Sequence record: DRR378314_778
Length of the DNA: 64,000 bases
Strand: one strand, 5' to 3'
Both the position numbers and the translations under genes were made by a program. The notes beneath the pieces are model-generated. The model had not been told where the DNA came from. It was given only the letters and a program-made list of their open reading frames with translations, and did no database searches. How positions within the stretch are numbered: the first letter of the stretch is position 1; each line of letters begins with the position of its first letter. Positions 61,036 through 64,000 of this stretch are shown piece after piece.

Positions 61036-62706
61036 TTAATTCTCTACCTCTGGCCGGACCAGCCATTCCTTGCCGCGCAGCATGCCTTTCCAGTAGACCG
61101 GCGGCAGTATTTTTTCCTTCAGGAACCAGGCGAGGTGACTGGGCTTTTCTCCGTTGATGATCCATTTGGGAAAGCTCGGCAGTAATTTGCCGCCATATCC
61201 AAATTCAGCAAGGACGATTTTTCCACGCTCCACCGTTAAGGGGCAGGATCCATATCCGTCATAATGGGCGATCCCCGTCCCGCGGCTCATGTCACTGAGC
61301 AGATTCTGTGCAACGATTGGTGCCTGTTTTCGGGCTGCCGCAGCCGTTTTGGCGTTGGGGGCGTTCATCACATCTCCAAGGCTCCAGACATTTTCATAGG
61401 TTTTATGGCGCAGGGTATTTTGATCAACATCGACCCAGCCGGCAGCATCGGCCAGCGGGCTCACTCGAATGAAGTCTGGTGCGCACTGGGGTGGGCAAAC
61501 ATGAATCATATCAAATTCCCGCTCAATTTTCTCGACATTGCCGTCTGCAGCAACCTTGTCAAAGGTTGCAACCTTGCGATTGCCATCAACTGCCACTAGG
61601 TTGTGAGTGAAATTCAGGTGAGCATTGTATTTTTCGATATATTTTAACAAAGCAGGGACATATTCCTGAACCCCGAACAGGACCCCACCCGCATTGTAAA
61701 AGTCGATATCAATATCCTTCAGAACACCTTGCCGGTACCAGTGATCTGCAGACAGATATAGTGCTTTTTGCGGGGCGCCTGCGCATTTGATCGGCATGGG
61801 GGGCTGGGTGAAAAGAGCCTTTCCTTCCTTTAGGTTTTTCACCAGCTCCCACGTATAGGGTGCCAGATCAAACCGGTAGTTGGAGGTGACGCCGTTTTTA
61901 CCAAGAGTTTCTTCAAGACCCTCAATTTTTCGCCAGTCCAGCTTTAATCCGGGGCAAACCACCAGACGATCATATTTAATGAGACGACATCCTTCCAACA
62001 AGACAGCATTTTTATCTGGCTCAAAGGCGGCAACCGCAGCCTTGATCCAGTGCACACCGCTTGGCAGGACAGAGGAGAGGGTCTTCACCGTTTCATCAGC
62101 TGTAAAAATGCCGCCGCCGACCAAGGTCCAGCCCGGTTGGTAATAATGAATATCGGCCGGATCAATAATCGCGATATTCAGATCAGCGGCCCGACTGAGA
62201 ATGGAGGAGGCGACAGATATTCCAGCGGATCCTGCGCCAACAATAACAACGTCATACTGGCCATCAAAACCGTCGGTTGGTGTTTTACCATTATTCAGGA
62301 TCCGGCGCACCACGCCCCGCATATCGTATCCGGCGTTCTGTGCCTTTGTCAGGATGTCGGCAACGGGAATATGTCCCGCCCGGCTGAGCGCCCATAAGGT
62401 GGTGGAGCGGGTTCCGCTTCGGCAGTACGCAAATGCCGGTTTAGGGGCGCTGGCATACAGGCTTGCAAAAGTTTCCGCATCATCATCCGTAACCTTGCCT
62501 GTTTCAACCGGTTGATAGAAGGCGGAAAGGCCAAGTTTTTGAGCCTCTGCTTCAATTTCCGGGAAATTTTGTTGGTCATTTCCTTCGCCGTCCGGGCGGT
62601 TGCAGATGATCGATTTAAAACCCGCGTTTTTGATAGCCTGCAGATCATCGATCAGAATTTGCGGAGACACACTCAGCTCATCATCAATTTTATTAATTTT
62701 CATCAT
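61036..62706 (-). CDS. sqr: DUF442 sulfurtransferase fused to sulfide:quinone oxidoreductase
   Basis: ICNRPDGE and AYCRSGTRS (DUF442); GAGSAG, YYQPGWTLVGGG, KCAGAPQK, YDGYGSCP (type II SQR). Confidence 0.92.
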   Translation of the reverse strand: MMKINKIDDELSVSPQILIDDLQAIKNAGFKSIICNRPDGEGNDQQNFPEIEAEAQKLGLSAFYQPVETGKVTDDDAETFASLYASAPKPAFAYCRSGTRSTTLWALSRAGHIPVADILTKAQNAGYDMRGVVRRILNNGKTPTDGFDGQYDVVIVGAGSAGISVASSILSRAADLNIAIIDPADIHYYQPGWTLVGGGIFTADETVKTLSSVLPSGVHWIKAAVAAFEPDKNAVLLEGCRLIKYDRLVVCPGLKLDWRKIEGLEETLGKNGVTSNYRFDLAPYTWELVKNLKEGKALFTQPPMPIKCAGAPQKALYLSADHWYRQGVLKDIDIDFYNAGGVLFGVQEYVPALLKYIEKYNAHLNFTHNLVAVDGNRKVATFDKVAADGNVEKIEREFDMIHVCPPQCAPDFIRVSPLADAAGWVDVDQNTLRHKTYENVWSLGDVMNAPNAKTAAAARKQAPIVAQNLLSDMSRGTGIAHYDGYGSCPLTVERGKIVLAEFGYGGKLLPSFPKWIINGEKPSHLAWFLKEKILPPVYWKGMLRGKEWLVRPEVEN

Positions 62707-62733
62707 TCCCTCCCCGGGAAAAGGCCAGATTGC

Positions 62734-63603
62734 TTAGACGGCATCCAATGGAATTTTCAAATACCGCACCCCATTATCTTCGGCGGGGGGCAAATCACCT
62801 GCGCGTACATTGACCTGAACGGAAGGCAGGATCAGAACAGGCATATCTAACTCCTTGTCCCGATTGGTTCGCATATCGACGAAGGCTTTTTCATTCACTT
62901 TGTCATTAACGTGAATGTTGTTGGCTTTTTCGGCGGCAACGGTTGTTTCCCAAATATAGTCGCGCCCGTTTGGTGCGTAGTCATGGCAGAGGAACAGCCG
63001 GGTCTCAGGGGGTAGAGCCAGAATTTTCTGAATCGAGTGATATAGTTGGCTGGCATCACCACCCGGAAAATCGCAACGGGCTGTGCCAAAGTCCGGCATA
63101 AACAGAGTATCGCCAACAAAGGCAGCATCACCAATTACGTAGGTGGCGCAGGCTGGGGTATGACCGGGTGTGTGTATGACGTTAACTTCCAAATTTCCAA
63201 TCATGAAGCTTTCACCGTCTTCAAACAGATGATCAAACTGGCTACCGTCTGTTTCAAACTCTGGCTCCAGATTAAACAAGGACTTAAAGACGTCCTGCAC
63301 TGTATCCACTTTGTTGCCGATACCGATCTTCCCACCCAGTTTCTGTTTCAGATACGGCGCTGCAGTTAGGTGATCTGCATGGACATGGGTCTCCAAAATC
63401 CAGTCAACGGTCAGGTTTTCTGACGCTATGAAGGCGATGACCTCATCGGCGGAGCGGGTCGATGTCCGGCCGGATTTTGGATCGTAATCATGTACGCTGT
63501 CGATAATGGCAGCTTTGCGTGTGGCGGGGTCCCAAACGATATGAGTTGCCGTGAAAGTTGCATGATCAAAAATTGTTTTTACGGTTGTTGTCATTGTCAG
63601 CAC
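62734..63603 (-). CDS. pdo: Persulfide dioxygenase (ETHE1-like metallo-beta-lactamase fold)
   Basis: ETHVHADH, TPGHT, GDTLFMPDFGTARCDFPGG, LCHDY. Confidence 0.92.
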   Translation of the reverse strand: MLTMTTTVKTIFDHATFTATHIVWDPATRKAAIIDSVHDYDPKSGRTSTRSADEVIAFIASENLTVDWILETHVHADHLTAAPYLKQKLGGKIGIGNKVDTVQDVFKSLFNLEPEFETDGSQFDHLFEDGESFMIGNLEVNVIHTPGHTPACATYVIGDAAFVGDTLFMPDFGTARCDFPGGDASQLYHSIQKILALPPETRLFLCHDYAPNGRDYIWETTVAAEKANNIHVNDKVNEKAFVDMRTNRDKELDMPVLILPSVQVNVRAGDLPPAEDNGVRYLKIPLDAV

Positions 63604-63636
63604 TACCTTTTCTCAGTTGTTCAATTCGCTAGCCAT

Positions 63637-63816
63637 TTATTTCGTACTTAGACCAATAAGTGAATAGGCCGGACAAAATCCGATCAACCCGGTTACAAGA
63701 GGAACAAGGCCAATCCAGCCCCAAGGCGTTTGCGGTCCGGTGAAAACCAGAGCCAGCAATAGAATTCCCAGTGCGACGCGTAAAACTCTATCGATTGTTC
63801 CCACATTCATCTGCAT
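63637..63816 (-). CDS. DUF2892 / YgaP-like small membrane protein (59 aa)
   Basis: Manual translation MQMNVGTIDRVLRVALG...WGWIGLVPLVTGLIGFCPAYSLIGLSTK. Confidence 0.88.
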   Translation of the reverse strand: MQMNVGTIDRVLRVALGILLLALVFTGPQTPWGWIGLVPLVTGLIGFCPAYSLIGLSTK

Positions 63817-63875
63817 TTTTTGGTTCCCGATTTTGATTTTAAAAAATTATTATCTTCCCTTAGCCCTCGAAAGTC

Positions 63876-63890
63876 TGTGACTATGTCACA
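63876..63890. promoter_or_regulatory. Palindromic operator candidate
   Basis: TGTGAC-TAT-GTCACA perfect dyad between divergent genes. Confidence 0.6.
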
Positions 63891-63903
63891 TACCAACAAA
63901 AGG

Positions 63904-64000
63904 ATGAAAATGAAGGCGCAAGGGTGGATAGAGCAGTTTCCTGATTTAGCGGCATTGCCGTCTGAAGATCGGAATATTTTGGAAGAGCAGGCGAATTTGC
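63904..64000 (+). CDS. 5' fragment of a gene, possibly a Crp/Fnr family regulator
   Basis: MKMKAQGWIEQFPDLAALPSEDRNIL resembles Crp/Fnr N-termini; only 32 codons are visible. Confidence 0.5.
   Translation, partial: MKMKAQGWIEQFPDLAALPSEDRNILEEQANL

Noticed and set aside
215-63369. Many 60-195 aa ORFs antisense to or overlapping well-supported genes (e.g. 4921-5373, 15557-16141, 58017-58589, 59720-60292)
   Set aside because: Shadow frames with no recognisable motifs

Overview
Bacterial chromosomal window, probably from a marine alphaproteobacterium (inferred from gene content and protein style only), dense in transporters and catabolic genes. In order: (1) 1-15477, an uncharacterised cluster with a branched-chain-type ABC transporter whose second ATPase is fused to a Tm-1-like (UPF0261) domain, a TIM-barrel 'signal transduction'/PEP-hydrolase-family protein, a flotillin, two SRPBCC domains (one fused to a quinone oxidoreductase), an FAH hydrolase and an alpha/beta hydrolase, plus two more TIM-barrel paralogs, one fused to a degenerate sigma54-activator/Fis module. 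This is the best candidate for an undescribed system. (2) LysR, CaiB CoA-transferase, HMG-CoA-lyase-like gene and a TRAP transporter. (3) teaABCD-like ectoine TRAP transporter. (4) Clade I nosRZDFYLX with nnrR and pseudoazurin, and NnrR-type boxes. (5) A patch with a CsgA-like SDR, FeS-type photolyase, DUF2256, a truncated DCC gene and a decayed IS3 element. (6) An acyl-CoA catabolic island of about 16 kb with ABC and TRAP uptake and a GntR regulator. (7) rhlE-like helicase and csp gene. (8) A pdo / DUF442-sqr sulfide oxidation cluster. No rRNA, tRNA or CRISPR array was recognised. All family calls come from motif recognition by eye; no searches were run.
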